From Cyanophyceae cyanobacterium (GTDB lineage: Bacteria > Cyanobacteriota > Cyanobacteriia > Cyanobacteriales > JBHJGN01): a stretch of 64,000 nt of DNA. Under the pieces are notes generated by a model. That model was not told where the DNA came from. It saw only the letters and a list, made by a program, of their open reading frames with translations, and did no database searches. Location: NCBI GenBank assembly GCA_050331735.1, contig JBHJGN010000031.1:1-64000 (forward strand). The letters run 5' to 3'. Numbering within the stretch: the stretch's first letter is position 1; every line of letters starts with the position of its first letter. This document shows positions 62,698-64,000 of the stretch, in pieces. Both the position numbers and the translations under genes were made by a program.

Positions 62698-62943
62698 TCA
62701 CGAACTAGTATTAAGAATTTCGGAAACAATCCAGCGCTTTGTACGGCTTAGAGGCCTGGTTTCGCGGATGCGGACGCGATCGCCTTCCTGACACTGGTTT
62801 TCTTCGTCGTGGACTTTAAATCTCTTAGTTTTGACCACAATTTTGCCGTATTTAGGATGAGGAGAACGGTTCTCAACTGCGACGACAACTGTTTTATTCA
62901 TTTTGTCGCTAACGACGACCCCCACTCTTTCTTTAACTGACAT
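62698..62943 (-). CDS. rpsQ: 30S ribosomal protein S17
   Basis: [23 protein letters not shown]. Confidence 0.97.
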   Translation of the reverse strand: MSVKERVGVVVSDKMNKTVVVAVENRSPHPKYGKIVVKTKRFKVHDEENQCQEGDRVRIRETRPLSRTKRWIVSEILNTSS

Positions 62944-62947
62944 CGGC

Positions 62948-63208
62948 TTACTCCTGTATCTCTTGCTCAGATTGAACGTGAGGCTCAGCGTTGTGGGCCC
63001 CAGCTTGAGCCTGTAGCTGCCGCTCTCGCTCCACCGTCATCAACTGAGCAATCCAATGACGGGTATGCTTAAACTGGTGAGTTTTTTCGAGGCGGCCTGT
63101 GGCTTTCTGAAGCCTCAATTCAAATAACTTCCGCTTGGCGGCAACAATTTCATCCGCTAGCTCTTCGTCACTTAACTCTCTTGCCTGATTTATTTTAGGT
63201 AGGGCCAT
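62948..63208 (-). CDS. rpmC: 50S ribosomal protein L29
   Basis: [14 protein letters not shown]; operon position. Confidence 0.94.
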   Translation of the reverse strand: MALPKINQARELSDEELADEIVAAKRKLFELRLQKATGRLEKTHQFKHTRHWIAQLMTVERERQLQAQAGAHNAEPHVQSEQEIQE

Positions 63209-63211
63209 GAG

Positions 63212-63631
63212 CTATACGATCTCCTCTTCGCGACTAATAAACTTCGTTTTAATCGGGAGTTTTTGGGCAGCTAACCGCATCGCTTCTCGGGCAACCTCTT
63301 CGGGAACACCCGCAATTTCAAACATAATCCGCCCGGGTTTGACGACAGCTACCCAGTACTCTGGAGATCCTTTACCCGAGCCCATGCGAGTTTCTGCCGG
63401 ACGCATGGTAACTGGCTTGTCTGGGAACACCCGAATCCAGATTTTTCCTCCTCTACGAATGTAGCGATTCATCGCTCGACGAGCTGCCTCAATTTGGCGA
63501 GATGTAATCCAGCTTGGTTCTGTTGCTCTTAGAGCAAAATCACCAAAGTTAATCTGGTTACCTCGGTTAGCGAGACCTTTCATCCGTCCGCGATGCTGCT
63601 TGCGAAATTTTGTTCTTCTTGGACTTAACAT
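63212..63631 (-). CDS. rplP: 50S ribosomal protein L16
   Basis: [22 protein letters not shown]. Confidence 0.98.
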   Translation of the reverse strand: MLSPRRTKFRKQHRGRMKGLANRGNQINFGDFALRATEPSWITSRQIEAARRAMNRYIRRGGKIWIRVFPDKPVTMRPAETRMGSGKGSPEYWVAVVKPGRIMFEIAGVPEEVAREAMRLAAQKLPIKTKFISREEEIV

Positions 63632-63685
63632 GACTAGACAGAAGCAATTGTGGGCTTGGATAGAGACTTGTGAACTCGAGTGACG

Positions 63686-64000
63686 CTATTCGTTTGAGCG
63701 ATCTTCAAACTGCTGTCGTCGTCTCTGACGGCGAGGAGCTTGGGAGGGGGGAGGAGCAGGCGGTTCTTCCTGACCCGGCACAATTTCTCCTTTAAAAATC
63801 CAGACTTTGACTCCTAAAATCCCGTAGATTGTTTGAGCCGTGCGGTAAGCATAGTCGATATCAGCTCGCAGAGTGTGTAGGGGAACTCTTCCTTCTCGTG
63901 TCCACTCCGTTCGAGCAATTTCTGCTCCGTTGAGTCGACCGCCGACCTGAATTTTAATACCCTGAACCTCGGCTCGCTGTGCTCTTTGAATTGCCTGTCG
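63686..64000 (-). CDS. rpsC: 30S ribosomal protein S3, C-terminal part
   Basis: Manual translation: [50 protein letters not shown]...QFEDRSNE*. Confidence 0.96.
   Translation of the reverse strand, partial: RQAIQRAQRAEVQGIKIQVGGRLNGAEIARTEWTREGRVPLHTLRADIDYAYRTAQTIYGILGVKVWIFKGEIVPGQEEPPAPPPSQAPRRQRRRQQFEDRSNE

Noticed and set aside
51703..64000. Missing rpsN, rpmD and rpsD in the ribosomal cluster
   Set aside because: This is the normal cyanobacterial arrangement.

Overview
This is a cyanobacterial chromosome segment. The HIP1 octamer GCGATCGC recurs roughly 40 or more times by eye, and there are cyanobacterial marker genes (ftrC, ndhR/ccmR, SLH-OprB porin, Anabaena-type sucrose-phosphate synthase). 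Most of the window is housekeeping: peptide and amino-acid ABC transporters, gltA-sixA, alr, gyrA, ffh-rpsP, obgE, lptAB, prfA, the S10/spc/alpha ribosomal cluster (rpsC partial to rpmE), and two tRNAs (Ser-GCT, Arg-ACG). Accessory parts are: (i) a DNA methyltransferase cut by an IS1-family element at the left edge; (ii) an APH-kinase / MITE-like element / RHH-ParE toxin-antitoxin islet; (iii) a MarR-GNAT fusion; (iv) an orphan ORF; and (v) a translationally coupled HTTM (gamma-carboxylase-like) membrane protein plus partner between lptB and prfA. The most striking non-coding signal is a composite element of sequence-variable, structure-conserved mini-hairpins set in heptamer repeats. It sits exactly at the binding-protein/permease junction of two different ABC operons. 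All family assignments come from motif recognition by eye; no searches were run.
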